Assembly: GCA_032718475.1 (NCBI GenBank)
Contig: JAUCBJ010001865.1
Span: 1 to 64,000, forward strand
Reading direction: 5' to 3'
Source: Nemertoderma westbladi
Taxonomy: Eukaryota > Animalia > Xenacoelomorpha
DNA: 64,000 nt
Positions 1 to 13,850 of the stretch are shown here, piece by piece. The first letter of the stretch is position 1. Every line of letters begins with the position of its first letter. The notes under the pieces are model-generated. The model was not told the origin of the DNA. It did not search any database and saw nothing but the letters and a program-made list of their open reading frames with translations. Both the position numbers and the translations under genes were made by a program.

Positions 1-14
1 TGCATGTTTGGTCA

Positions 15-457
15 GTTGTAATCAGGATGAAATTTAAATGTCATTTTTCTCGCATTGGCTTTTTTTTGGGACACTTTCTCTATCTACTTTTTAACTACTC
101 CAGCGGATTTTCGTTCTGTTTGCAGAAATATGCAGAGGAATATTCCCCGCAAAATTTCTATAGACAGAATTTTGAGATTTTGTTTCAAAAAAAGTTATAG
201 CATTTTTCGTTTTAAAAATACCGAAAAATCGAAAAAATCAAAAATTTAGCGATTTTTTACACAAAAAAATGCTATAACTTTTTTTTGAAAAAAAATTTCA
301 AAATTCTGTCTGTACAATTTTTGCGGGGAATATTCCTCTACATAATTCTGCAAAAACGGAACGAAAATCCGTTGAGTAGTTAAAAAGTAGATAGAGAAAG
401 TGTCCCAAAAAAAGCCAATGCTAGAAAATGACATTTAAATTTCATCCTTATTACAAC
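15..457. repeat. Long imperfect inverted repeat (foldback/MITE-like)
   Basis: gttgtaatcaggatgaaatttaaatgtcatttt at 15 is the near reverse complement of aaaatgacatttaaatttcatccttattacaac ending at 457. The opposite-strand ORFs 55..249 and 246..434 translate almost identically (FFWDTFSIYFLTT). Confidence 0.8.
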
Positions 458-853
458 AAAAAATTTTCAAATATATTCTACTTTTGTGGTTTTCATACCT
501 ATAGGCTAATTTTCGGCGCTGAATCCGAAAATGGCAAAATATTTGCACATTTATGGGTGTTTGATGGTCTTTTTTGGTGTCAAATATGGTGCTGCACCAA
601 AATTAAAAAATTTGAAATTTTGAGTGAAAATTACAAAAGTTACCATAACTCGAGAACAAAAGACCTTATCGAAAAACTGATTTCAGATTCGGAATCACCA
701 TATAATTTCACATCGGAAAACACATTAAAAAAAATTATGATGAATAAAAAGACTGGGGGTGAACTCCCCCCCCCCCCCCCTTAACCCTATCTAACCTTTG
801 GGGGGGGGGGGGGGGGGATTCCGGGTACGCAGAAAACCGCGAGAGAGCTTCAC

Positions 854-1160
854 CCGGAGCGATATTCGCCCTCAACATGAGCAACTATAGCCCGGCGGAA
901 ACCTTCGCCCGCAGGCAATCTTCGCCCGTGAGCAACCTTCGCCCAATAAACAATTATTGTTATGGTTAGAAAATGCCGTCTCTGTAACCTGCTCCTTTCC
1001 CTCAATTGGTAACTAAAATAGTTACTAACACAAATCTTATTGGGCGAAGGTTGCTCATGGGCGAAGATTATCGTGCGAGCGAAGGTTGCCCCCGGGCGAA
1101 GGTTGGACACCGGCGAAGGTTGTAAGCGGGCGAAGGTTGCACACAACCGGATTCCGCCCA
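854..1160. mobile_element. Small non-autonomous element with subterminal inverted repeats
   Basis: Repeated aaccttcgccc in the left half and gggcgaaggtt in the right half. Confidence 0.5.
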
Positions 1161-2050
1161 GACCATTATAAAAGCCGGTCTAATGGGGTTAGAGGTATGA
1201 CGTTGAAACTTCTTGACTTTACCCCAAATGTATTCCTCTTACAAATTAAAAAAACCATGGCTCTAACCTCGCACGTTTTTTATTCATACAGGACCTTTCT
1301 CGCACCCATGTCAGTATTTTTGAAAAAAAAATACAAATTATAGAGTAAATTATAAAGTTGCCCAAAACCATACAAATCCTATTCTATATCGCTTTTTTGG
1401 ATGTGGAGTTGAGTACAATTTATCTAATGTTTAATTCAGAGGCCTAACAGGTATTTTTCGTGCGGGCACCAAAATTGGGTGCTACACGAAATTTTCAAAA
1501 TTGAGTTGTTTCGAAATTATCATTATTTGACCTATATTCCCGCGATTTATAGGTTTTCTGTGATTGCGAATTCAATGGATTTGAAATGAAGTTCATAGGA
1601 GTAACGCATTAACATTTTTCGTGCGTGCACCAAAAGTGGGTGCATCCGCTGATCGAAATTTTCAATCTTTTTTTTAAATATTCATTGTATGATTCTATAT
1701 TCCTGTGATTTATAGGTTTTCTGTGATTGTGAATGCAATGGTAATAAAATGGAGTTCATCCGAGTAACGCAAATGCCTTTTATATAAATAATTTCAAAGA
1801 TAGGGTCGTAGTAAGTCTACTACAGTCTCCGCAGACAAATACTGGGTATATCAATGTATACATAATGTGACAGGTAACAAATCAATTTAGAAGTTGTAGT
1901 TTGCAGCTTGCATCCATAAATCTATCCTGCAGACAAGAATATCTATACCAAATTATCAACAACACTATTTATATTAGTCAGCACCAGCAATTATTTCATT
2001 GGCATTCATTCAACCCTAACCCTTCCTTTCCTTCTCTTTACTATCGACTC

Positions 2051-4591
2051 GAGCTCGTTCGACCTAATTGGTTCGGACCACAGAATTGTGACTGCAGAGA
2101 TCAGACTCAGTTTGAGAGCCAGCAAACCCAGGACAAGCAAGCAAATCAACTATGACTGGGAGAAACTCAGAACTGACAATGCTGTAAAGGATGCTTACAC
2201 GGTAGAAGTTCAAAACCGCTTTGAAGCACTTCAGTCAATGGATGAAGACCAGTCCACCGATTCAATATACCAGAATATAATAACAGCCCACACGGAATCA
2301 GCTAAGAGGCATATTCCCCAGAAACCCAAACGAAAACAGTATGTGCCATGGCAAAACTCTGAGGTTACTTGTAAGAGAGAAGATCTTAAGATAGCCTACA
2401 AAGTTAAAACCGAACACCCAACAACCGAAAACAATAACAAGGTTGAGAAAGCTAAGGACGATCTTAAATTGGCCTACAACATCAGCCAGGAAAAGTACAT
2501 ACAGGGTAAAATTGAAGCAATTACAACTGCTCACATACAGCAACAATCAAGACTTACCTGGCAAACTGTAAATTATGTATCTGGTCGAAAAAGTTGTGCA
2601 AAGGGGCGCCTAAAAGCCGATAACCCCGAAGAACGTGTTGGGAAGTGGAAAAATCACTTCAGCAACTTGCTTGGGCAGCCACCAAACATCGAGGTCAACC
2701 CTACAAGGAAAATATATGACAAGACACTACCTATAGATAGAAACAGGGGACTTCACACCTGCCGAACTCCAAAGAAGCATTAAAAGCATGTCCAATAATA
2801 AAGCGAGTGGATTATTAGATGAAATCCCAGCGGAGGTATGGAAAACCGGAGTGCTAAACAGACCATTACTGAATGTTTGTAACCGGATGTTAGAAGGGGA
2901 AAAGCCACCACCAATTTGGACTAAAGGTGAACTAAAGCCTCTCCCCAAGAAAGGAGACCTCGGCATACCAACAAACTATCGTGGGATCTGTCTGCTTGTG
3001 GTAGCTGCCAAAATATACAATAAAATGATTATATATAGGATTAGGCCTCACATAGAGAAACTACTGCGTAAGAGCCAAAACGGATTTCGACCAAGTAGAT
3101 CAACAATAGCTCAGATACTTGCACTACGGAGACTGATTGAAGGAATTAAGTCAAAGAATCTCCCCGCAGTCATGACTTTTGTGGACTTCAAGAAGGCATT
3201 CGACTCCATCAATAGATGTAAAATGCTTGAAATCCTAAGAGCTTATGGAATACCAGAAGTAAATGTTGCTGGCATTGGATTGTTATATTATGACACAGAA
3301 GCGCAGGTACTCTCACCAGATGGTGAAACTGAGTTTTTCTCAATCCTGGCTGGCGTACTGCAAGGGGACACATTAGCACCATTACTATTTGTAATTGTGC
3401 TGGATTACGCAACGAGGACGGCCACAAAGTGATCTGGGATTCACACTTCAAGAACGCAGAAGTAGTAGATATCCGGCAACTACAGTCACAGACACCGACT
3501 TTGCGGATGACATCGCAATGCTCTCTAAACCGCTAGCAGATGCACAGCTCCTACTAAATAAAGTGGAGAGGGCTGCAAAGGAGGTTGGATTGCATATAAA
3601 TGCTACCAAGACCGAATTCATGACCTTTAATATTGATGGAAACTTGACAACCATTGATAATAATCAACTAAGGAAGGTCGACGACTTCCAGTACCTTGGA
3701 TCATGGATAGAGAGTAGCAAGAAGGACATGAAGTTAGGAAAGCAAAGGCTTGGGCAGCTCTATCAAAAATGGATACCATCTGGAAATCAGATCTCTCCAG
3801 GCACCTGAAGACTAAGTTCTTTCGAGCCACAGTGGAAAGTGTATTTTTATACGGGGGTGAGACCTGGACACTGACTAAATCACTTGAACAACGAATTGAT
3901 GGTTGCTACATAAGACTACTAAGGGAAGCCCTAAACATCAGCTGGAGACAACATATGACAAACGCCGAGCTTTATGGTACAATACCACCTGTATCAACCA
4001 CCCTTCGTGAACGCAGATTAAGATTCAGTGGGCACTGCTGGCGAAGTAAAGACGAGGTCATACCTGATCTACTTCTCTGGCAACCAACTCATGGAAAGCG
4101 TAGTCGTGGACGATCGGCTATAACATATATCGATCAACTTGAAAGGGATACTGAACTTGGGAGAAACGAAATTGTGATAACTATGGAGAATCGGGAAGGC
4201 TGGAAGGATCTCATTTCCACTGTCCGAACAACGAATTGATGGTTGCTACATAAGACTACTAAGGGAAGCCCTAAACATCAGCTGGAGACAACATATGACA
4301 AACGCCGAGCTTTATGGTACAATACCACCTGTATCAACCACCCTCCGTGAACGCAGATTAAGATTCAGTGGGCACTGCTGGCGAAGTAAAGACGAGGTCA
4401 TACCTGATCTACTTCTCTGGCAACCAACTCATGGAAAGCGTAGTCGTGGACGACCGGCTATAACATATATAGATCAATTTGAAAGGGATACAGAACTTGG
4501 GAGAAACGAAATTGTGACAACTATGGAGAATCGGGAAGCCTGGAAGGATCTCATTTCCACTGTCCGAGTTTGCTCGACCTAGTAGTAGTAG
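2051..4591 (+). mobile_element. 5'-truncated, frameshifted RTE-clade non-LTR retrotransposon
   Basis: Starts at the C-terminus of the APE endonuclease (GSDHRIVTA). RT motifs NYRGICLL, FVDFKKAFDS, GVLQGDTLAP and FADD are spread over frameshifted ORFs 2088-4239. (TAG)n tail; 12-bp TSD tactatcgactc at 2039-2050 and 4592-4603. The 3' ~340 bp is tandemly duplicated. Confidence 0.9.
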
Positions 4592-4956
4592 TACTATCGA
4601 CTCTGCAAGATGGGATATGCGTTCAGTCCCCCCCCCCCCTTTCTTTAATAATTACTATATTATAATTTACATAATTTTGAAAATTTCGTGCTGCACCCAC
4701 TTTTGGTGCCCGCACGAAAAATCGTAGTTGCATTACTTGTATCAACTCAATTTCACATTTCAATTTTAATTGAATTCGCAACCACCAATAGGCCTATACA
4801 CGTTAAGACTTGAAAATCAAGTACATTATGTCACATTACCCGCAATTATATTTTTCCATGCACAAAAACCACTATTTTTCATATTTGAGGCACTTCCAAG
4901 AAATTTTCTATTTTATTTCAAAAATGTGATAATAATAATAATAATAATAATAATAA

Positions 4957-5400
4957 TGTTCCACTAGACAAGGGTTGGATGGAAGTTAGGAACGCCCCAT
5001 AATGCTCATGGGTTTATTTTGTTCCACTAGACAAGGGTTGGATGGATGTGAGGAACGCCCCATACTCGTCATGGGTTTATTTTGTTCCACTAGACAAGGG
5101 TTGGATGGATGTGAGGAATGCCCCATACTCCTAATGGGTTTATTTTGTTCCACTAGACAAGGGTTGGATGGATGTGAGGAACGCCCCATACTCCTCATGG
5201 GTTTATTTTGTTCCACTAGACAAGGGTTGGATGGAAGTGAGGTACGCCCCATACTCCTCATGGGTTTATTTTGTTCCACTAGACAAGGGTTGGATGAATA
5301 TGAGGAACGCCCCATACTCCTCATTGGTTTATTTTGTTCCACTAGACAAGGGTTGGATGGATGTGAGGAAAGCCCCATACTCCTCATGGGTCTATTTTGT
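4957..5400. repeat. 60-bp minisatellite, about 7 copies
   Basis: Unit gttccactagacaagggttggatggatgtgaggaacgccccatactcctcatgggtttattt recurs every 60 bp. Confidence 0.95.
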
Positions 5401-6973
5401 AATGTTCTTTTATTCAAAGAACTAATCAGTTTTAAAAAAAACTGTTATTTTAACATCCCTGACGACTGCTGCTGTGCTGTATAATACTATAACGGCAGAC
5501 TGGTACCTGGGTACCGGCACTACCGGTACTGTAAAATCCTAAACAATCGCATTGCTGCATTGTACAGTTGTGCCGGTATAGGTTACTGGCTTACTGCAGT
5601 ACTGCTGCAGTTGGTAGGCCTACTGCCGACTGCGCGGTACAGTCAGTACCTACAGCTACAGCCTGACAGCAACAGGACAGCAGGAGGTTACAGGGTTATG
5701 ATGTAGTGTCAAGTTACAGTTAAGCTGTAAGCCCTGTCTGCCTGTCATGTACAGAAGTATCAAGCAGTCAAGTCTGCAAGTGGCAATTTCAGTCTGTCTG
5801 TCTGTGACTCTGTCAGTCTGTCTGTCTGTGACTCTGTCAGTCTGTCAGAGTCAGTCAGTGCAATACTTGAATAGGTACCGGTACTCTGGTACTGAGGTAT
5901 CCTACGTTACGTTACCAGTTACAGCCAGGTCATCTGGTACTGTGCCAACTGCGGTATATTTACAGCCAGAAAGTGTCAGTGCAGCCACTATTTGTCCTTC
6001 ACACAGTCACAGGCTGTGCAGCTGTGCTGTGATTATATTTTCGGACATATTTTGGCTGTAACTTCACTAGTCCTCAAAGCAGAAGCTGGGCACAAAACTA
6101 CAAAAGGTGACAATTTTTACTTTTAATATTAATGATAGATATCCCAACGACAGAACGATGAGATTCTAATTCTCAAATCAATTTATACAGAATTTTATGG
6201 CGGTTCTAATGGCTGAATGGCATAATTCTTAGAATGCCAATGTTAAAACATTAAAATTTCACTGCCGGTTTTCAAATGAAATTTAGAATTGTTTTCTATG
6301 GAGAAATTTCACTCTGAGAGCATTTTCCGCAGACACATTCTAACTGTAAATTGCTGAATTGGACAAATTGTGACCAGTGTTCCTGACTGTACTTATTCAA
6401 GTAGGCCTACCGGTACCGGTATTGCACTGACCGACAATAATTCTGTAATTATTATGCCTAGCTGCCTAGGCCTAAGTCAGTAAGTTACGACTACCGGCAG
6501 AACCCTACAAACAACTGAACAACCCAACAACAGAACAGAACAGCAACCACCAGACCACTGAGCACTAAACCACCACAAGCAGACAAGCACAGTGAGTGCA
6601 GGAGTGACTGAGTGAGTCCAGACTCCAGAGTCCACAATTAGGCTGTTAGGTACTGAGGTATCGATCGGTACGGCTGTACGCCTGTACAGCTGTACGGTAC
6701 ATGCAGGCAGACGTGCCTCACCACCGCACACCATTCTGCCATTCAGCTATTTTAGTCCTGTAGTCAGACTACCATCTGCAGATCTGTCAATGCAATACCT
6801 TCATTCTTCTGTTCTTTGATTCTGTCACTCACTGTGCACTGATATACAGTCATACTGTCATAGGCCAATTCTATTTTTTATTACTGTATTAGCCCTATAT
6901 GCTATAGATTTTTGGATAATTCTGAATTCTAACTTCTGACTGCCTGGTACTGAACTCAGCATTCCCGACCAAA

Positions 6974-9661
6974 ATGACTGATACGTCATGGCAACCTGAT
7001 CCTTCTGGGTTGAAGCAGATCATAGAACTTTTAAAAGAGTCACAAAATCCAGATACAAATGTACAACAACAGGTGCAGCATAAGTTAGAACAGCTCAACC
7101 ATTACCCCGATTTTAACAACTACCTCATATATGTTTTGACGAAACTCGGAAATGAGGCAGATGAACCTACTCGATCGTTAAGTGGATTGATATTGAAGAA
7201 TAACGTAAAGGCACACTTTCATTTATTCCCACCAAATGTTAAACTTTTCATAAAGCGTGAATGTTTAGGCTGTATTGGTGATGCATCGGCATTAATTAGA
7301 GCCACCATTGGAATTTTGATAACAACAATAAGTAGCAAAGATGGTCTGGCATCCTGGCCTGAGATTCTTCCACAACTTTGTCAACTATTAGATTCACAAA
7401 GTTTCACTGTTTGTGAAGGGGCATTTGGTGCGCTGCAAAAGATTTGTGAAGATTCTGGAGATGTATTAGATAGCGAAGAACTTGACAGGCCTCTCAATTA
7501 TCTTATTCCCAAATTCATCAAGTTTTTTAAACATGACCATGCTAAGATACGATCGCATGCATTAGCATGTGTGAATCAATTTATTGTTTCAAGAAACCAA
7601 TCTGTAATGATAAACATTGATTCGTTTCTGGAGGGACTTTTTTCTTTAGCCAATGATGAGGATACAGAGGTGAGGCGACACATATGTAGAGCTCTTGTAA
7701 TGCTGCTGGAAGTTCGTGCTGATCGATTGATGCCAAATATGGGTAATATAATTGAATACATGATGGTGCGAACACAGGATACTGATGAATTAGTTTCACT
7801 TGAAGCTTGCGAGTTCTGGCTTACACTTTCTGAGCAATCCATTTGTAAGGAAGTATTAGCTCCGTATTTAAATCGTCTAATACCTATATTGGTCAATGGA
7901 ATGAAATACTCTGAGCTTGATATAATTCTTCTTAAGGGTGACATTGAGGATGATGAGGACCGTCCAGACAATGAGCAGGACATAAAGCCAAGGTTCCACA
8001 AGGCAAGAACTCATGGTGGGTCTCATGTTAGTGGTGCATCTGGAGATGTTGATAGTGATGAAGATGGTGTTGAAGATACTGATGATGATGATGCAATATC
8101 TGACTGGAATCTTCGTAAATGCTCTGCTGCCAGTTTGGATGTCATATCCAATGTATTTTGTGATGAATTCCTTCCAGTATTGCTACCTCTTGTCAATGAG
8201 AAGCTATTCCACCCGGAGTGGGAAGAAAAGGAAAGTGGCATACTTGTTCTTGGTGCAATTGCAGAAGGTTGCATGACTGGAATGATTCCACATTTGCCGC
8301 AGTTGCTTCCTTTTTTAATTGAATGTCTCAGTGATAAGAAAACATTGGTGCGGAGCATAACTTGTTGGACTCTGAGCAGGTATGCTCATTGGGTTGTCCA
8401 ACAACCGCATGACAAGTATCTGCAAGTGCTGATGACAGAGTTGCTAAAGCGAGTGTTGGACCCCAACAAGAGGGTACAAGAAGCAGCTTGCTCGGCATTC
8501 GCCACACTCGAGGAAGAGGCATGCACAGAACTGGTCCCCTATTTAGGGTTTATTCTGCAGTCGCTGGTGTTCGCATTCTCTAAGTATCAGCACAAAAACC
8601 TGCTTATTCTTTATGATGCTATCGGCACACTTGCAGACAGTGTAGGTCACCACCTCAATAAACCGGAGTTTATTGAATTAATAATGCCACCTCTCATTTC
8701 TAAATGGAATGCTCTACGCAATGAGGACCGAGACCTTTTCCCTTTACTGGAATGCCTATCTTCTATAGCAACAGCTCTCCAGGGTGGATTTGTCCCATAC
8801 ACTGAGCCAGTTTATCAACGGTGTCTGACATTAGTCAAGGATACACTACAGGCAACAATCCTTCATGATCAAAATCCGGATGATCAAGAGCCACCTGATA
8901 ATGATTTCATGATTGTCGCTTTAGATTTGCTAAGCGGATTAGCTGAAGGTATAGAGGAGAAAATAGAACCCTTGGTTGCAAACAGCAACATTTTGGATTT
9001 ATTGTACCAGTGTATGCAGGACAAAATGCCTGAAGTTCGACAATCGTCATTTGCATTATTGGGTGATCTCACCAAGGCTTGTTTCGAACACTGCCGGGCT
9101 CATATAAGTCACTTTATGCCTATCTTGGGGCAAAACCTAAATCCAGAGCACATTTCTGTGTGCAACAATGCAACATGGGCCATAGGAGAAATCTCGATAA
9201 AGATGGGCCAAGAAATGCAACTGTATATCCCACTACTGTTGCCACAATTGATTTCCATTGTAAACCGCAGTAATACCCCAAAGACACTGCTGGAGAACAC
9301 AGCGATCACAGTAGGTCGACTCGGTTTGGTATGCCCTGTAGAAATTGCTCCATATCTCAACCAGTTTATTCGTCCGTGGTGCACCGCCTTGAGGAACATA
9401 CGTGACAACGAAGAGAAGGAATCAGCCTTCCGGGGAATCTGTGCCATGATTTCCGCCAATCCGGCTGGCGTTATCAATGATTTCATCTTCTTCTGCGATG
9501 CAGTGGCTTCATGGGTAACACCTCCGACTGATCTCAAGGATATGTTCTCGAAGATTCTTCACGGCTTCAAAGAACAGGTGGGCAAGGATAATTGGTCTCG
9601 TTTCGCTGAACAATTTCCGGTACCACTGCGAGATCGCCTTTCCTCCCAGTATGGACTGTAG
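6974..9661 (+). CDS. TNPO1: Transportin-1 (karyopherin beta-2), complete 895-aa single-exon CDS
   Basis: N-terminal [33 protein letters not shown], acidic H8 loop followed by [25 protein letters not shown], and C-terminal [16 protein letters not shown] all match transportin-1/2. Confidence 0.96.
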   Translation: MTDTSWQPDPSGLKQIIELLKESQNPDTNVQQQVQHKLEQLNHYPDFNNYLIYVLTKLGNEADEPTRSLSGLILKNNVKAHFHLFPPNVKLFIKRECLGCIGDASALIRATIGILITTISSKDGLASWPEILPQLCQLLDSQSFTVCEGAFGALQKICEDSGDVLDSEELDRPLNYLIPKFIKFFKHDHAKIRSHALACVNQFIVSRNQSVMINIDSFLEGLFSLANDEDTEVRRHICRALVMLLEVRADRLMPNMGNIIEYMMVRTQDTDELVSLEACEFWLTLSEQSICKEVLAPYLNRLIPILVNGMKYSELDIILLKGDIEDDEDRPDNEQDIKPRFHKARTHGGSHVSGASGDVDSDEDGVEDTDDDDAISDWNLRKCSAASLDVISNVFCDEFLPVLLPLVNEKLFHPEWEEKESGILVLGAIAEGCMTGMIPHLPQLLPFLIECLSDKKTLVRSITCWTLSRYAHWVVQQPHDKYLQVLMTELLKRVLDPNKRVQEAACSAFATLEEEACTELVPYLGFILQSLVFAFSKYQHKNLLILYDAIGTLADSVGHHLNKPEFIELIMPPLISKWNALRNEDRDLFPLLECLSSIATALQGGFVPYTEPVYQRCLTLVKDTLQATILHDQNPDDQEPPDNDFMIVALDLLSGLAEGIEEKIEPLVANSNILDLLYQCMQDKMPEVRQSSFALLGDLTKACFEHCRAHISHFMPILGQNLNPEHISVCNNATWAIGEISIKMGQEMQLYIPLLLPQLISIVNRSNTPKTLLENTAITVGRLGLVCPVEIAPYLNQFIRPWCTALRNIRDNEEKESAFRGICAMISANPAGVINDFIFFCDAVASWVTPPTDLKDMFSKILHGFKEQVGKDNWSRFAEQFPVPLRDRLSSQYGL

Positions 9662-12600
9662 GTTGCCTATACTCATTTGGCTAACCTTACCTGTAATTCA
9701 TAGACTGTAGATATATGCTGACACCATTATATATACACTTGACAGAGACACTCCTATTAATACCATTTTGTTGTTAACTGCTGCGATTGTAATGTTTGGT
9801 ATCTCTCTTATATATCAGTTCAATGTTTTTTTTCCCATTTCTTAGTTGCCGGTATCTCACAATCGATAATTTATCAGAATATTTAGAGTATATATATATA
9901 CTAAATTACTGGATATATTTCTATAGTTTATGTATAGCGTATACCTACTATCCTTCCTTGATATTACACATTATATTGCTTTACTGTTATTGCTGACTGA
10001 TTACATATTTGGAGTGGTGTTATAAATGTGTTTCTTCCACGTATTTACCAGGAATGGTGTGATTGAATGCGATACCTGATTGTAGGTTACGTCTATTTTA
10101 ACTAAATAAGAACGTTTGCATTTGATTTGAATAGTTTTAGGAGTACAAAGTAAACCATAGGAGTAATGGTATTTAAATAGGCCCGCGTGTTTTAACTTTA
10201 ATTACTTGCCTATTTTAATGTTGTACAACTACAAGTACAGTACATAAGATAAGGTAGGATGAATTGAAATTAAACTGTATTTCAGAATCAACCAATTATA
10301 GGTAGGCGCGTAAGGCGGGCGTTATTGGACGTAAAAGGGCAATTTTAAGTTCAAGCCATTTGTAGTAGCTAGTAGGCTAGGACATACAAAACCAATGTCA
10401 TCAAAGGTTTGGCGGTTCATTTAGTAGGGTTGGTCCGTGGGACTAAGTGGGTGGTTTAGGTATATTAAAGATTCTTTTTCTTGGTGCTATAAATATTTAT
10501 ATTGCGTAATAGTAATAATCGATTAATTGAGTGCTGTCATCATATGAACAAGGTAATGCAATCCTTAATATATTAATTAATTCATATTTATATATACATT
10601 GTTGCAGTAGACGACCTGGCAATTTATGCTGTGTGAAACTGCTTGCCATTGATATATAATATTTTCCCAGATATGCAATTTTGGTTACATTAATATTAAA
10701 TGCGTTAGAAGTAGACGTACCGGTAGGTATTTAATGGATTTTATTTAGGTTAGGAAATTTATCATTATGAACCAACATGTACTGTACATTAAGGATGCAA
10801 ATTTATTTACTTAGATTCTTAATTAATTAATTGTAGTTTTAATTAGGTGTGATCTATAATGAATTTCATTTTATGATTTATGATATACATCTAGCTAGCA
10901 ACGTTGTGTATATTATATTATAGTGCATATTGCATAATAAACCAGATTTGGTAGGTTTGGTTTGAATTTGTACTTCAGTATCAGTATGATACTAATAGTT
11001 CAAACTCAAATCCTTATTGTATGTATACATACATACACATAAACACATACAGATGGAAAACATCCTTATTTCTGTATAGTATGTATATTTTTATATATTC
11101 CATGTCATGGTTTATCTTTCTAGCTTTATTTTATAGTGTTACGGTGTCTAGAGCCAATACATGTAAATACGTGAAAATAATTGTCATAGCACTACAGTAG
11201 GTGTTGTGTTGCCCAAAGTGATGTAACATTGTGTTAATGTCGGTAGTTGGAGTAGCTACTGTAGCGTTTAGATTGTACATTTACAACAGTGCCAGCGGTA
11301 TCAATACCTTACATTACATGTACTTAAAAGTTTATTAAATAGATTATATTTTACTTTATTCGTACAAGTTGTACTTTTATTACCGTATTGTACATAATTA
11401 TTTGATACTGTAGGTAGGTAGGTATATACTGTAGGTACAAATTATGTAAAAAGGGCCTGTAGGTTTATTTTTCGTTCTATAAGTAGCTAGATTTTGTGCA
11501 GATTGTGTTGTTTAATGTCACTCGTGTACTTTCAAATTCATTTATTAATACATTATTGGTTGTGTAGGAGTACAACCGACCACGTAGGCCATTCGTTATA
11601 CGTAAGGTGCTTAAATCCCATTTAGAGTTGCAATAGATAGGAGTGGTTATTTTTTTTTTTTGTAGGTCAAGTAAGTACTAAGTATTATGTAACTGTAATG
11701 CGTTATGTAGCGTTTATAATACACTATTAATTAATAATTATTCATCATCATATCTGGTTGAAATTTTCATTTTCTGCTTTAGTCTGTTAGCTGGCTTAAT
11801 ACACCGGTACCAAAATATATTGTTTATGTGCAGGACAGTGCGTTCATAATTCCGACATATAAATATATACCGGTATATATTTCAATATAAATGATAAATA
11901 TTAATTGTATCGTATTATTTATATATAGAATGGAAGTCGAGTGGGTATATTATTCTAAGAGAGTTTTATTGAAAACAATTTGACTGAATTTGTTATTTTT
12001 GAATTATTATCCATTCACTAGCTAAATATATACCGGTACATTAGAAATGTTTTTACATTGTGATTTCAATATTGTATTCAAGCATAACAAATCAGTGTAT
12101 TTTAGTTATATATTTCAGGAACCAATCAGTTGTTCATTGCGTTGAAGGTAACCTAGTAAACATTAAAACTTGAATACAAAACGCATAAAATTTTTTATTA
12201 GTTATTTTGTCAAAATACATTTCAGAAAACATGGATAAATGTATGAAACATGGCGATATCAAAATAGCTATTTGGTCCCTGGAATATGTATACACAATAA
12301 TGGTATGCTATGCATGTCACAGAGTAAGTTTTATTATTAGATTTAGACTTCAATTGAATCAACACACTGGTGGGCTCGAATGTAAACGTTATAACTAAAC
12401 TAGGGGAGGTTATTATCTAGAATTCTAGAAGGTAAAATATTGAAAAAAGTCGCACCGGTACAAAAAGACTCGTATATGGCGATAAGATTACGTTACCACG
12501 TTTACATACTAGGCCATCCATTAAATAATTAACTATCCATTTCGTATTACTTTTTGTGTATTTTTGCTTGTTGTGTAAAAGTTTTATCTGTCGATGTAAA

Positions 12601-12897
12601 TTTGAAATTAATTGGTACAAACCTGATAAATATATCTGGATATGCTTAACGGTAATCAGTATGTTTTATTTAAGTGGCTTTTAAATGAGTTAATGGTACC
12701 AGAGTTGGATTGAACCATAAATGAGCCCCAGTCCTTCAACAACCGTTGCTATTGCCAACGTAGCAAATATCTGGCACAATTTTCTCCTCAAAACTCGATT
12801 TTTTGTAGACGGACCGATTTTATATTTATATATATTCGGAATATTATTTAACGAACTTTTATATCTTGCCTGAAATGTTAAATTATCTAAAAATATA

Positions 12898-13252
12898 GCT
12901 TCCCGATTCTCCATAGTTGTCGCAATTTCGTTTCTCCCAAGTTCAGTATCCCTTTCAAGTTGATCTATATATGTTATGGCCGGTCGTCCACGACTACGCT
13001 TTCCATGAGTTGGTTGTCAGAAAAGTAGATCTGGTATGACCTCGTCTTTACTTCGCCAGCAGTGCCCACTGAATCTTAATCTGCGTTTACGGAGGGTGGT
13101 TGATACAGGTGGTATTGTACCATAAAGCTCGGCGTTTGTCATGTGTTGTCTCCAGCTGTTGTTTAGGGCTGCCCTTAGTAGTCTTGTGTAGCAACCATCA
13201 ATTCGTTGTTCAAGTGATTTCAGATTTAGTCAGTGTCCAGGTCTCACCCCCG
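12898..13252 (-). mobile_element. RTE LINE 3' fragment, same family
   Basis: Reverse complement of the GETWTLTK...MENREA region of the other copies. Confidence 0.85.
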
Positions 13253-13702
13253 AATACAGTTTTAATTTTGAGGTAATAAATCAGCTGTTATTTGTTTCGA
13301 GTTTCCCCTGGGGACGGATGAATTTTGATTACGCCGAAGTCCCCCCCCCCCCCCCCCCCCCCCAATCTGGACCCGATTGTGCTTAATAAAAAGGGTTCAT
13401 GTCCCCCCAAAAAAGTGGTGTTTGTAGTGTGAGAGAGCTAATATTTAAGACATAAAATATTATTTCTGAACAAAACCATAATATTATAAAATATTATTAA
13501 CTGAGATACGCTAGTGTCATTCATTTGAACTCAACGCTAACGTGCCATATTCTCAAAAGTAGGTTCGTAATTTTATCTACAGTTTAACCCATTTGTTCTT
13601 CTTTTAGTTTAAATTCGGGTCAGGGTAGCAAGAAGTTTAAATTACTGAACAATTTTTCTAGAACAGAAAATGTTTATATTATAATAATAATAATATACGA
13701 AC

Positions 13703-13850
13703 CTTTTTTCTGACAGCATTGTAAGCATTGCAGCTTCTGTGGTTTCAACTCCTTGTCTTTAATATTTGGATTTCCTGTGATGTCCTTGGAATCTACTGTG
13801 CACTCACAATCATCCTGATCTAACAGTGTGCATAACGATAACAAGCATTG
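13703..13850 (-). CDS. ADAM10: ADAM10-like exon, cysteine-rich domain
   Basis: ttccctgcag|CAA...AAAG|gttcgt; 148 bp encoding QCLLSLCTLLDQDDCECTVDSKD...LQCLQCCQKK. Its phase-0 start matches the upstream exon ending VCKDG. Resembles ADAM10 QCAGSIC...CTC...LCHVCCMKK. Confidence 0.8.

Noticed and set aside
7576-9537. Antisense and alternate-frame ORFs within TNPO1
   Set aside because: Shadow ORFs of the real CDS with no recognisable motifs.
12690-12914. Short minus-strand ORF with a hydrophobic end as the ADAM10 TM exon
   Set aside because: Begins in LINE sequence and lacks the expected Cys-rich/GYCD motifs; no convincing phase-1 acceptor.
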